This document shows, in pieces, positions 28,090-37,262 of a stretch of DNA of 64,000 nucleotides; position 1 is the stretch's first letter, and each line of letters opens with the position of its first letter. The stretch is from an uncultured virus (IMG/VR IMGVR_UViG_3300037297_000328). Its lineage: Duplodnaviria; Heunggongvirae; Uroviricota; Caudoviricetes. Both the position numbers and the translations under genes were made by a program. The notes under the pieces are model-generated. The model was not told the DNA's origin and did no database searches. It saw nothing but the letters and a program-made list of their open reading frames with translations. Where the stretch lies: the IMG/VR virus record IMGVR_UViG_3300037297_000328. The stretch is one strand, 5' to 3'.

Positions 28090-28225
28090 CGGTTTTAATA
28101 AACACAGTATGGCAGCCCACCATACTTTAAACAATGGCAGAACCTTGCCCCTGCCATGTGGCAGTTATTCCTATGATAACCGATAATTGGGTTTATTTAT
28201 TATTAGGGCGAGTTAATTTTAAAGT

Positions 28226-28426
28226 ATGAAAACTTGTAAATACATAGCAATTAAAGTAGATGGTTTAAACCATTGGTTGTGGTTTGAGACCGAGAAGGTA
28301 ACTGAAAAAGATGGTAGATTCATTGGATTAGCTGGATGGGGTGAAGCTGGTAATTATACCGAAATAGATATTGATACTAATGAGATTATTGGAAGAATAC
28401 ATTCTGATTTTCCGCAGTATCGTTAA
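28226..28426 (+). CDS. cassette hypothetical protein
   Basis: Flanked by attagggcgagttaa / ttaattcgcctcaac. Confidence 0.65.
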   Translation: MKTCKYIAIKVDGLNHWLWFETEKVTEKDGRFIGLAGWGEAGNYTEIDIDTNEIIGRIHSDFPQYR

Positions 28427-28536
28427 TTCGCCTCAACGGTACGGCAATATGATTAGTTGCCATACCATAAACTTTAAAATTTAGTAATAACCTGACAGGC
28501 AATTAATTATATTGCTTATTATAAATCTGATAAATT

Positions 28537-28714
28537 ATGAGGCGTTTTAGAGCAGGATACTACAGATACAAAGGATACTTAGTTAGAAATCATGGATATT
28601 TCGTACCCGATAAATGCGTGTGGTGGGAGGCTATTAACGAATTAACTGAGAAGCTGATTACCACGCAAAAACAAAAAAAGAACTTAAACAACTTATTGAC
28701 GAAGGTGCGGAATA
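28537..28714 (+). pseudogene. frameshifted cassette gene
   Basis: ...WWEAINELT continues in another frame as EADYHAKTKKELKQLIDEGAE*, ending at the cassette end. Confidence 0.55.
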
Positions 28715-29005
28715 ATTTATTTGTTTATAACTACTATATATAACAACCTTTAATTATTGTATTGATAATCAATAAAATAAAAATATCAACTTTAGGAAAA
28801 TATAAAAAATATCCTAAACTTTAAAATTATTTTATGGATATAATAAATAAAATAAAATACGGAGTAATTGTTGTTGAATATAATAAACGTGCAAAATCAA
28901 AATATCCTTATGTTTTTGAATGGATAGAAGGGAAGAAACTTTTGGCTTGTACAGCAGATTGGGGATTTAATAGTCTTGATGATTTTGTTTCATTTTACAA
29001 TGAGG

Positions 29006-29554
29006 TTATTTCTTCTCAGCAATAACTAAATAAGTAACTTGTTTACCCTGAAATAGCATAATTGTTTTAATATTTAATATTTTACCGTATCGTTGATGGA
29101 TTTCTATTATATTAGGAAAAGCGATGTAAGTATCTGGTTGTTTAGAGCTTGGCAATGTAGCATAAATAGTGATACCTGTAGGTATTTCGTTAAGGATAAG
29201 TAAATCATTTTCAAAATATTCAAGCACTTCAATGGCTATGATGGTATTATACCTGCCAGATTTTAACGGCGAATAATCTTTTGAAATGTCGTGGTGTAAA
29301 AATCTTGATGGGAAGAACCCTTTTTGAGCTTCATCTATTAATTTTTTATCGCTATCAATACCTTGTTCATAGTGATATTTTTCATTGATTAGCTCTCTGG
29401 CTAAATTACCATTTTTGCATCCAATTTCAAGTACACGATCATAATGCTGCAGGTAATGCATTATTTGCTGTAATATTCTATATTTTACGCTGTCATTAAG
29501 CCTCCTGTTGCAATCAAATTGATATTCGTTTCGGTGTAGCATCTTAAAATCCAT
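29006..29554 (-). CDS. class I SAM-dependent methyltransferase
   Basis: VLEIGCKNG, GID, EVLEY. Confidence 0.85.
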   Translation of the reverse strand: MDFKMLHRNEYQFDCNRRLNDSVKYRILQQIMHYLQHYDRVLEIGCKNGNLARELINEKYHYEQGIDSDKKLIDEAQKGFFPSRFLHHDISKDYSPLKSGRYNTIIAIEVLEYFENDLLILNEIPTGITIYATLPSSKQPDTYIAFPNIIEIHQRYGKILNIKTIMLFQGKQVTYLVIAEKK

Positions 29555-30245
29555 TAATTTTAACAATATTTTTGCTCCGATGATATCCACGTGAATTTTT
29601 ACCGCAAAACGGGTCAAAAAGGCTCCCAATGTCAAGTAATGATATATTCATTCGTTCATTGTATTGAGAATAAATATCGTTAATTAATATTTTGGCCGGC
29701 ATACTGGCACACACCAGGAATAATATGTCTTTATTTTTAATGGCAGCACTATTAGCTAATTTGCTGCACGAATAAGACATTTCTTTATAAGCTTTCCAAC
29801 AATTTAATTCCGGGATAACAACTTGCCCGTTGAGTGTTATGTAGTTTTTCATTTCATCTAAATAGCTAGGACCAACCAATATGATATTATGCCTGGTATT
29901 TATTAAATCAAATAAGGTAGCTATTTTGCCTCGTGCGCTGGCGCGATGTAATATGTCTGCATTAAACCATTTTAAATCATTTAAATTGTGTTTTTTCTTG
30001 AATTCTTTAATTTCTTTACCTTTAATTCTCATCGCCAAATCCTGCATGCCAATATAATAGCCCGGCTTACTGATAAGTACTTTTCTTAATGCTTCACTCA
30101 TATCCGGATAATAAATATGTCCATCACAATTATGAGGCGTTTTGGTGCCTAATATTGCATTCCATTCCCCATCGCCCATTCTTATGAATGTAACGGGTTT
30201 CTTTTTTACGATTTTATCCAGCAATATGTCGTACGTTAATATCAT
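29544..30245 (-). CDS. GT-D fold (DUF1792-like) glycosyltransferase
   Basis: FIRMGDGEW, ILVGP, LDIGSLFD. Confidence 0.75.
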   Translation of the reverse strand: MILTYDILLDKIVKKKPVTFIRMGDGEWNAILGTKTPHNCDGHIYYPDMSEALRKVLISKPGYYIGMQDLAMRIKGKEIKEFKKKHNLNDLKWFNADILHRASARGKIATLFDLINTRHNIILVGPSYLDEMKNYITLNGQVVIPELNCWKAYKEMSYSCSKLANSAAIKNKDILFLVCASMPAKILINDIYSQYNERMNISLLDIGSLFDPFCGKNSRGYHRSKNIVKINGF

Positions 30246-30793
30246 TGCTTTTTATATTTAAATACTTCAAAATCTTTTCGATAATAGTCGTACACATGGT
30301 TAAGCATATTATCACTATAATACCAAAGATATTGCATCCGATCATTTGATTTATTATATGCTTTAAACTCTACTTTTTTATCGAATAATTTATATAGTTC
30401 ACTCCAGAAATAAGATTCAAACCTAAATACATGGTCTATCATCACTTTATCTTGCTTATTGCAAATAAATTCGTGCTGAGGTTTTAATAATACATTATTT
30501 TTATGATTTAAGTTCTTGCATAAATAATCAAACCCATTTTCATAATATATATAATATCTGCTTTTTTGGGGATGTTCATTATCGTACCATTTCATAAATT
30601 CATAGGCGCTTACCAGGCGGTCAAAAGGATTTCGAACAATAGCAAATGTTGTAAAGTTGGGGAATTTTTCATGGTAAAAACGATAATCTTCATGATTGCC
30701 TGTTACATCCATGTTAAAATTTTTTGCCACTGCTACACCGGATGTTTTAGGAATATGAATAAATGCTATTTTTTTACTTCGTAATATTGCCAT
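30242..30793 (-). CDS. sulfotransferase family 2
   Basis: FIHIPKTSG, VRNPFDRLVSAY, DFEVFKY. Confidence 0.9.
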   Translation of the reverse strand: MAILRSKKIAFIHIPKTSGVAVAKNFNMDVTGNHEDYRFYHEKFPNFTTFAIVRNPFDRLVSAYEFMKWYDNEHPQKSRYYIYYENGFDYLCKNLNHKNNVLLKPQHEFICNKQDKVMIDHVFRFESYFWSELYKLFDKKVEFKAYNKSNDRMQYLWYYSDNMLNHVYDYYRKDFEVFKYKKQ

Positions 30794-30798
30794 AATTA

Positions 30799-31434
30799 TT
30801 AGTGCTTCCAGCTATCCTTACTGTATCCTAAATAACGAAAATCATCCTGCATAAGATGATATACAAAGATAGCCTTTTTTTTGTTATAATAACTTTTATA
30901 GCCTAAATGGTTCCCTTTTCTTATGTGAGCTAGTTGTGTTTGAGGAAAGCCAATTATTTGACAAAAATTGTCAAAATCGCATTGCAGGTTCTCAAACCGT
31001 ATAGTAAAATTAACATCTAATCGCCCATTTACAATTAAGTCTTGTGTTAGCGGCCTGGTAATATGATATTTTATTGGTTCTGATATTTTAGTTAAATCTA
31101 TTTCCATGAGCTGTTCAAAAGTATATTGCGAAAGCAAATGTTTCCATGCGCTAATAAACCGGTCATAAGGATTTCTTATAATTAGTACCTTAAAAGCACT
31201 TTCCCATATTTGAGGGTACTTTTGTTTAAAAGTTAAAATTCCTTCGGCATAGCCAACATTATCGCTATGTACTTCGATAATTTTGCCAAATTTTGGCTTA
31301 ATTGTAATATCATTATGCTCTATAAAATCATTTCCGGGCGATTTGCCTGCAAAAGCAAAATGAAAAGAAGAACTTCCAACTTTCCCGGTGCGTATCCAGA
31401 TAATATGCTGCTTGTTCCAATCTATCTTTTTCAT
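30799..31434 (-). CDS. sulfotransferase family 2
   Basis: KVGSSS, RNPYDRFISAW, RFENLQ.DF, DFRYLGY. Confidence 0.85.
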   Translation of the reverse strand: MKKIDWNKQHIIWIRTGKVGSSSFHFAFAGKSPGNDFIEHNDITIKPKFGKIIEVHSDNVGYAEGILTFKQKYPQIWESAFKVLIIRNPYDRFISAWKHLLSQYTFEQLMEIDLTKISEPIKYHITRPLTQDLIVNGRLDVNFTIRFENLQCDFDNFCQIIGFPQTQLAHIRKGNHLGYKSYYNKKKAIFVYHLMQDDFRYLGYSKDSWKH

Positions 31435-31518
31435 TTAATTGTGTTTAAAAGTGTACATATTTCTTGTTGTAAAACATTAAAACGATTTTACAACACGGTA
31501 TATAATTAATAAAAACAC

Positions 31519-31809
31519 TTACTTCTCGGTAAATTTTGAGAGTTGTTCTATTAATTCAACTGCATCAGATTTTAAAATATCCAACGCTTTTTTGCTTGTT
31601 ACATCACCCAATACTTCTTTTATAGCATCTTCATCATCACCTATACCGTAGTCGCCAGACCAAACCCATTCTACATCGTGCAATGCTTTTGCTACCTTTT
31701 CAAGATGCTTACCAAATGCCCTTTGTAAAGGTGTGTTGTTTTTGTTTTGTAAATCACTTGCTACTTCATCAACTTTATAAGTCAAGTAATCCATACTTCC
31801 TCCGCTCAT
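31519..31809 (-). CDS. cassette hypothetical protein
   Basis: MSGGSMDY...LHDVEWVWSGDYG. Confidence 0.75.
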   Translation of the reverse strand: MSGGSMDYLTYKVDEVASDLQNKNNTPLQRAFGKHLEKVAKALHDVEWVWSGDYGIGDDEDAIKEVLGDVTSKKALDILKSDAVELIEQLSKFTEK

Positions 31810-31870
31810 ATTTTAAAATTTTATCGTTATTAAATCGTGTTTTTACTAATCATGTACCCATCCGTTAGGT

Positions 31871-32122
31871 TTAATTTGTTTTAAGTTGAACAAGCCCCGT
31901 CTTTTGTTTAGGCAGTAAAGTTTCCCAGCAACTACCTAACCCATACTCTTTACCAAACTTAAAACAAACTCCGCTCACATCTTTCCATATCATTAGTTGG
32001 TATTTTGTACCACCGTGCTTTCTATTATTCCACAAGGTTATTGTCTTATCGCTAAACCTAACAATGTATATAAAAACATTGCTAAGTGTGTACCAATTTT
32101 TACGTTTATATCTTTTATTCAT
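31871..32122 (-). CDS. cassette hypothetical protein
   Basis: Start inside attC loop. Confidence 0.6.
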   Translation of the reverse strand: MNKRYKRKNWYTLSNVFIYIVRFSDKTITLWNNRKHGGTKYQLMIWKDVSGVCFKFGKEYGLGSCWETLLPKQKTGLVQLKTN

Positions 32123-32179
32123 AATTGTAAGTGTTTTAAAGTTATTACTCTTAATCCGCAACGTTTCATACACTCAACG

Positions 32180-32467
32180 TTAGCAACCATTAAAAGACCG
32201 CCACAACTCGACAAACTTTTCTCTTTTCATTTGCCTTAATTCTCTATTGTCAGCATACTTTCTTTCGTGATAGATTTCAATTTCACTACCGCCAGTGAAG
32301 TAAACTGAATATCTCAACCAAGAACTATCACCACCTACTTTTCCAACTCTTTCCACTTTGCGTAAATCAATCGTGTCTCCGCAAATGTCGATAATAGGAT
32401 TAACGGCTGCTAACAAACGGTTAGCATCATTGCCGTTTTCGTGGTTAATTGAATTTTTGTTTTCCAT
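32180..32467 (-). CDS. cassette hypothetical protein
   Basis: Start inside attC loop; stop in core. Confidence 0.65.
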   Translation of the reverse strand: MENKNSINHENGNDANRLLAAVNPIIDICGDTIDLRKVERVGKVGGDSSWLRYSVYFTGGSEIEIYHERKYADNRELRQMKREKFVELWRSFNGC

Positions 32468-32629
32468 ATCAAATTTTGTTTTTAAGTGAATGTTTTGTGT
32501 TCCAAAGTCGGCAACGAACGCCAACCGCCAAAACGTTAACTACAAGCGGGTTTGGTGGCTCGTATTTAAGTTCCTGCGTATGCGAAGAAAAAAAATAAAA
32601 GCCCCCCGCTTTAGGTTTTTCAAACCCAT

Positions 32630-33418
32630 TTATATAAAAACAACATTTCCCTGTTTATGGTGTACATTATCAGAATCTAATATTTTCATCCATTCTTCTT
32701 TTGTTGCCGTGTAGCTTGCAAAAGTTGAGGCATTTTTAGCACACCATTCACAAAGTTCTTCAAATGTTTCAAATACTGGTGAACTTGGCGAACCTTCGCT
32801 TGTTGTTTCCCATAATTGAAATCCTTCGCCTGTTGGTGGTTCGTAATTTTCCCAATTTTCATATAATTCTTTTGCTCTTGAGTGTTGCCATTTTTCGCCT
32901 TCACCGTTACATTTAGGGCATGAAGATGATTTGCCTTCTCTTTTTAATCTTGCTTTTATACAATACCAAGCATTACTCGAATCATGTCCCATTCCTTTTA
33001 AATTCCACTCATTTACTTCTTTTGGTGTTGGAATATAACCGTTATTAAATGGAAGCCAGGAATTACCGCCATCGGCAATTTTTTGTTTTACTATTGCTTT
33101 TTGTTCGTCATTAATTGGAACTCTTGTGAAATCCCAAAGCCTATCAGCGTCTAAAAGTGCTTTTACATCATCTTCATTAAGGTTGTTATTCCAAGCGTTC
33201 GCATTGTATCTCCAACCTTCTCTGAAAGGATTAAGCTTATAATTTTCTTCTGTGTGATAGCCATACCACTCATCATGTAATTTATCATACTCTTTCGAGT
33301 ATCCGGTTCCTTTACAGTGTTTGCATTCATGCCTTGCGTGAGGGTTTAAATAACCACTCCAAATTTTTCCTATTTCCCAATCAAAATCTATTGGTACTCG
33401 TTTCATTGTTCGTCCCAT
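32630..33418 (-). CDS. cassette protein with CxxCxGxG zinc motifs
   Basis: CKHCKGTG, CPKCNGEG, EPPTGEGFQLWETTSEGSP.SPVF. Confidence 0.8.
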   Translation of the reverse strand: MGRTMKRVPIDFDWEIGKIWSGYLNPHARHECKHCKGTGYSKEYDKLHDEWYGYHTEENYKLNPFREGWRYNANAWNNNLNEDDVKALLDADRLWDFTRVPINDEQKAIVKQKIADGGNSWLPFNNGYIPTPKEVNEWNLKGMGHDSSNAWYCIKARLKREGKSSSCPKCNGEGEKWQHSRAKELYENWENYEPPTGEGFQLWETTSEGSPSSPVFETFEELCEWCAKNASTFASYTATKEEWMKILDSDNVHHKQGNVVFI

Positions 33419-33613
33419 GTTGTTTTTATATTTTAAATTTTCCCACCCTTCTTTTTATTTTTTTAGTGCTTCGTACAAGCGGCGGTGAGTAATTAATCCG
33501 CCAGTAGTTAACACGTTACATATTGCAAAAGCCAATTGGCGTTAGTGCGTTGAATCGGTCGATTGTGGTTGGCTTTCGACAACATGTAACCGGTCCGTTA
33601 GGCACAATAAAAA

Positions 33614-33871
33614 TTAAATAGCGTTGTGCAGTGCTTTTTCAATTTCTTCCTTACTGTAACCAAGCGCAATAAGTTCCTCGTGTTCCACAAAGTGCCTCAT
33701 TTCCCATTTACCGCAATGCTTACATTTTCGACTTACTTTAAATGTATCGCTCACGTATGTAATGTGTACGCCTATTTCTAATATTTCCCATTCGTGTGGC
33801 ATTGCTACCTCATATTCCCAAAATAGGAATCGTGCTTTGCGCTTTTCTCTTAATGGACATTTCCAGCTCAT
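33614..33871 (-). CDS. cassette protein with CxxC motif
   Basis: HEW...RKCKHCGK. Confidence 0.6.
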   Translation of the reverse strand: MSWKCPLREKRKARFLFWEYEVAMPHEWEILEIGVHITYVSDTFKVSRKCKHCGKWEMRHFVEHEELIALGYSKEEIEKALHNAI

Positions 33872-34004
33872 ATATTTAATTTTAAAAGTGCCTAATATGA
33901 TAAAACAAAGATTTTTGTATTACGCCTAGTTTTTTAAGTTTTTCAGCATAATTTAAATTGCAGCATTGTTTCTCTATATACATCTTATTAATTTTATTTC
34001 GTTT

Positions 34005-34238
34005 TTAGAACTCTTTCATTTTACGGTATTGCTTCAATTTTGCTATGGTCATATTTTGTTGTATAATTGTTTTGCTTAATTTTTGTGCTTGCCTTTGTTG
34101 GTTATAATCACCAGCAAATAATGATGCCTGCAAATTTTCATTAGTTAAAACAATTTTTTCTAAACCTGCTATTCCTTTATCCCACCCAACTTTTTCGCAC
34201 ATATCAATCAACATCTGAAAATCTGCATTTTTTTTCAT
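34005..34238 (-). CDS. hypothetical protein
   Basis: 77 aa ORF. Confidence 0.5.
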   Translation of the reverse strand: MKKNADFQMLIDMCEKVGWDKGIAGLEKIVLTNENLQASLFAGDYNQQRQAQKLSKTIIQQNMTIAKLKQYRKMKEF

Positions 34239-34263
34239 TATAATAATATTTAATAAGTTTTAA

Positions 34264-34854
34264 TCAATTACTATGTAATATTTTCACATTACCATGTAAT
34301 GCACCAGTATAACGCAAATGCGGCCTGTAATTCCAGTTTTTTGGCAAGACATAAGGGTGAAAATTCAAATCATGCATTGCATATGCAAGGTAGGGCTGAT
34401 CGTTTTCGCTGCTTTCAATATACTTAGTCAATAAGATTGACCAATACTCAAAAATCATTTCTGCTCTTTTTCTTTCGCTAAAAAATAATACACCACAATT
34501 ATATTGAGGCAAATCAACCGGCATTTTTGTGATTAAATCGTTTTTGTGCTGCTTTAACGCATCATATGCTGAACTTGCGGGAGCAATACAGCAGGCCAGT
34601 CCGTATTTTTCAGCCATTTCAAAGCCATAATCAATATTGTCCATAATTACGGTATCTGCATCCAGGTATAATGTAGTGTCAAAAGAAGATTTATAATACA
34701 AATCAATCCTTTTTCTAAAACCTTTATATTCGCTATTATCCCATACTACATCATAATCGTAGCCAAATTTTTTAGCGCTTTCAATCGAGCGTTCCAATAA
34801 TTTCTTTTGTTTAGGATCATTGCCCCACATATAATATAAAATTCCCCGGCTCAT
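34264..34854 (-). CDS. GT-A fold glycosyltransferase (GT8-like)
   Basis: TLYLDADT, YNCGVLFF, DQPYL, LPKNWN, KILH. Confidence 0.85.
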   Translation of the reverse strand: MSRGILYYMWGNDPKQKKLLERSIESAKKFGYDYDVVWDNSEYKGFRKRIDLYYKSSFDTTLYLDADTVIMDNIDYGFEMAEKYGLACCIAPASSAYDALKQHKNDLITKMPVDLPQYNCGVLFFSERKRAEMIFEYWSILLTKYIESSENDQPYLAYAMHDLNFHPYVLPKNWNYRPHLRYTGALHGNVKILHSN

Positions 34855-35420
34855 TCTTCTATTTTTACATAGGTTAAAAAAGTCTGCCCATTATTAACAA
34901 CTCCAGGCTGACTGCCATCGTAATGCAGTATTTCGTATTTTTCAATAAAATCGGGCAAAAAATGTTCTTCTTTTATTTCTTCCAGGGTAGAGCGTGGAGG
35001 ATTTTTAAACAAATGTAGTTTGTCTTTTGGCACATTATCATCAAATACAATATGCTTAAATCCTGAATAATAAGCCCACATTAACCTTGAAACCTGGCTG
35101 TAGTGATCGTCAAAGAAAATTAAGTCATTTATTTTTGCGTGATATTTATAACTATGTTCGTTAATATCATGTTCATGGTAATGTATTGATTTATCCTTGA
35201 ACATAAGATTAGAGTAATTAATATCGTAGGAATGAATTGTTGTATCGGGATTAAGTTTGCGGAATAGCCATAGACTATTTCCTTTCCATGTACCCGATTC
35301 TATAATTAATTTCGGTTTTAATTTTTGACAAATGTTGGCAAGGTGTCTTAATTTCCATGGCGCGCATGAGCCAATGTTTTGTTTATCAGGTCTGGTGTTT
35401 ATAATTTCTTCTACATTCAT
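34851..35420 (-). CDS. class I SAM methyltransferase-like protein
   Basis: IIESGTWKGNS, FFDDH, VFDDN. Confidence 0.75.
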   Translation of the reverse strand: MNVEEIINTRPDKQNIGSCAPWKLRHLANICQKLKPKLIIESGTWKGNSLWLFRKLNPDTTIHSYDINYSNLMFKDKSIHYHEHDINEHSYKYHAKINDLIFFDDHYSQVSRLMWAYYSGFKHIVFDDNVPKDKLHLFKNPPRSTLEEIKEEHFLPDFIEKYEILHYDGSQPGVVNNGQTFLTYVKIEE

Positions 35421-35992
35421 TTTTGTATAGTTATAATTATGTCATCAATTCTTTTACTATCGTTTGTCCAATCAAATACATTAATATTTCTCTTAGGTCC
35501 TTCATATAAAAATAATAGTTTGTCAAGATTGTTTTTATTGACATCTTCAATAATTAATATTCCATCCTCATATAAAAATTTTGGAAAATTATTAATTGCA
35601 AAGATTTGCGATTTCAGGGTGTGAGGACCATCATCAATAATAATATCAAATAAAGACTTATTCTTCCATTTGTTTTTGTATGAATAGGCATCATTATAAT
35701 ACATTTTCAGCCTTGGATAATCTATTTTATTTGCATTTTTCCATTCGTCTTTAATGTTAATACCAAAAATAGATGAATCTCGTAAATAATCGTGCATAAG
35801 TCTTACCGACCCACCATATTTTATTCCTATTTCGAGAACTTTTAATGGTTGCCAATCTTGTATCATTGAAAAAAACTCATCGTAAAAACCAGCATAGCTA
35901 TGTCCTTGTGGCAATTTGGTCCACGAACTTTTACCAAATTTATCGGTATCGTACAATACAGGGTTTGTTTGTTGTAATTCGCTAATTTTCAT
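35417..35992 (-). CDS. class I SAM (sugar O-)methyltransferase
   Basis: TDK...HSY, VLEIGI..GGS, FDIIIDDGPH, IIEDV. Confidence 0.88.
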   Translation of the reverse strand: MKISELQQTNPVLYDTDKFGKSSWTKLPQGHSYAGFYDEFFSMIQDWQPLKVLEIGIKYGGSVRLMHDYLRDSSIFGINIKDEWKNANKIDYPRLKMYYNDAYSYKNKWKNKSLFDIIIDDGPHTLKSQIFAINNFPKFLYEDGILIIEDVNKNNLDKLLFLYEGPKRNINVFDWTNDSKRIDDIIITIQK

Positions 35993-36009
35993 TATTTAAA
36001 ATTTTAAAT

Positions 36010-36621
36010 CTATAATTTTTTCATATAAAATGCATCCCCCCAAATTCCTCCAGCCCAATTAGTCTCTACACGCTCAAAACCAAAAATGGCTAAAAATGAA
36101 TCTATCTGCTGCACTTGTGCGCAATTTTCATAGACTTCATCCCGGTTTACTTCTGCCATAATGTAATCAATGTATTGCAGCGTGTTTTTTGCCCCTTTAA
36201 ATACTTCAAGCTCGTAACCCTGCACATCAATATTTATGAAATTATACAATGAAGCGTTAAATAAAATATTATCCAACTTATTGATCAATACTTTTTTACT
36301 ATCCTCAAATTTTACATTAGGGTGGCGGGTTAGGTGTTTTTTAGGTTTTAATATAGAGGAAGAAGCGCCGCCATTTGAGGCAACATTAAAATTAATAAGT
36401 CCTTTTTTGTTTCCAAGCGCAACATTGTAACACAATGCATTATTACGGACAACAGTAGTTAATAGCTTAAATGTTTCCGGATCGGGTTCAAAATACATGA
36501 TATTTTTTATTCCCGAAGCAATGTATAATTTATGTTCGGTGCCTATATGAGCGCCAATATGTATTACGCCTTTTATTTTAAGGCTGTATTTGCGCATTAA
36601 TTCTGCCCAGTCTAGTATCAT
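36010..36621 (-). CDS. FkbM-family methyltransferase
   Basis: HIGAHIG, FEP, SSSIL, IDVQGYELEV.KGA. Confidence 0.93.
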   Translation of the reverse strand: MILDWAELMRKYSLKIKGVIHIGAHIGTEHKLYIASGIKNIMYFEPDPETFKLLTTVVRNNALCYNVALGNKKGLINFNVASNGGASSSILKPKKHLTRHPNVKFEDSKKVLINKLDNILFNASLYNFINIDVQGYELEVFKGAKNTLQYIDYIMAEVNRDEVYENCAQVQQIDSFLAIFGFERVETNWAGGIWGDAFYMKKL

Positions 36622-36622
36622 T

Positions 36623-36919
36623 TTATTTATTTTTCAACCACCATTCAAGTTCTTTCTCTATATCAAAATTTCCTGCAAATCCGTAACGAAAAGCACAGTG
36701 AAATGTAAAGTCTTTTAATTGTTTTCTTGTGAACATCGGTTCGTTTACTTTCTTTACCCATTTATTTTTTTCCCAGCAATTGATAGTAAAAGGAGAATAT
36801 GACTCTCTTCCAAGTTGTTTAGACCATGGAGTGTAAAAGAAACTTATATCTTTCTCATAGTTCTCTAATATAAGTCCTTTTTTCAGCCATCCATGTTTTT
36901 TTGTCACAATGTATTTCAT
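36623..36919 (-). CDS. hypothetical protein
   Basis: 98 aa ORF. Confidence 0.5.
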   Translation of the reverse strand: MKYIVTKKHGWLKKGLILENYEKDISFFYTPWSKQLGRESYSPFTINCWEKNKWVKKVNEPMFTRKQLKDFTFHCAFRYGFAGNFDIEKELEWWLKNK

Positions 36920-37262
36920 AATAGTATAATTTATACTCCAAATAATTCATAAAACGATAATTTTTTCAATTTATTAATAGCTTTTTGTAGTTTTTTTACA
37001 AAAAAAGGTTTTGAATTTAGGCAATATTCAGGCTTTTTGTATTCGTCAAAAAATGGTTCATATGGGCTTGAGAGCATTGAATTAGGAGTAAGTGTTTTCA
37101 TTTCTTCACTGTCTATTTCTCTGATTTGTACATCTTTTTCGTAGAAAATAACAGGTGCTATAATGATATATTGTTTTTTGTCTGGTAACATTTTATTTAG
37201 TTCAGCACTATTAGCGATAATTATTCGTCCGTTTTGGGCATATAATTTTAAATATGTAGTTT

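Larger units (their letters stand above)
25691..28830. mobile_element. integron-like cassette array B ending in attI-like site and integrase remnant
   Basis: attC-like sites at 25691-25824, 26098-26125 (half), 26336-26465, 27403-27535, 28084-28208, 28431-28524; terminal TAACTACTATATATA. Confidence 0.8.
31464..33985. mobile_element. integron-like cassette array C (genes on minus strand)
   Basis: attC-like sites in canonical polarity on + at 32056-32185, 32408-32541, 33506-33603; degenerate ones near 31464-31496, 31845-31870, 33890-33985. Confidence 0.8.

Noticed and set aside
18106..28731. CRISPR array
   Set aside because: Repeats are not identical, the intervening DNA is whole genes, and there are no cas genes.
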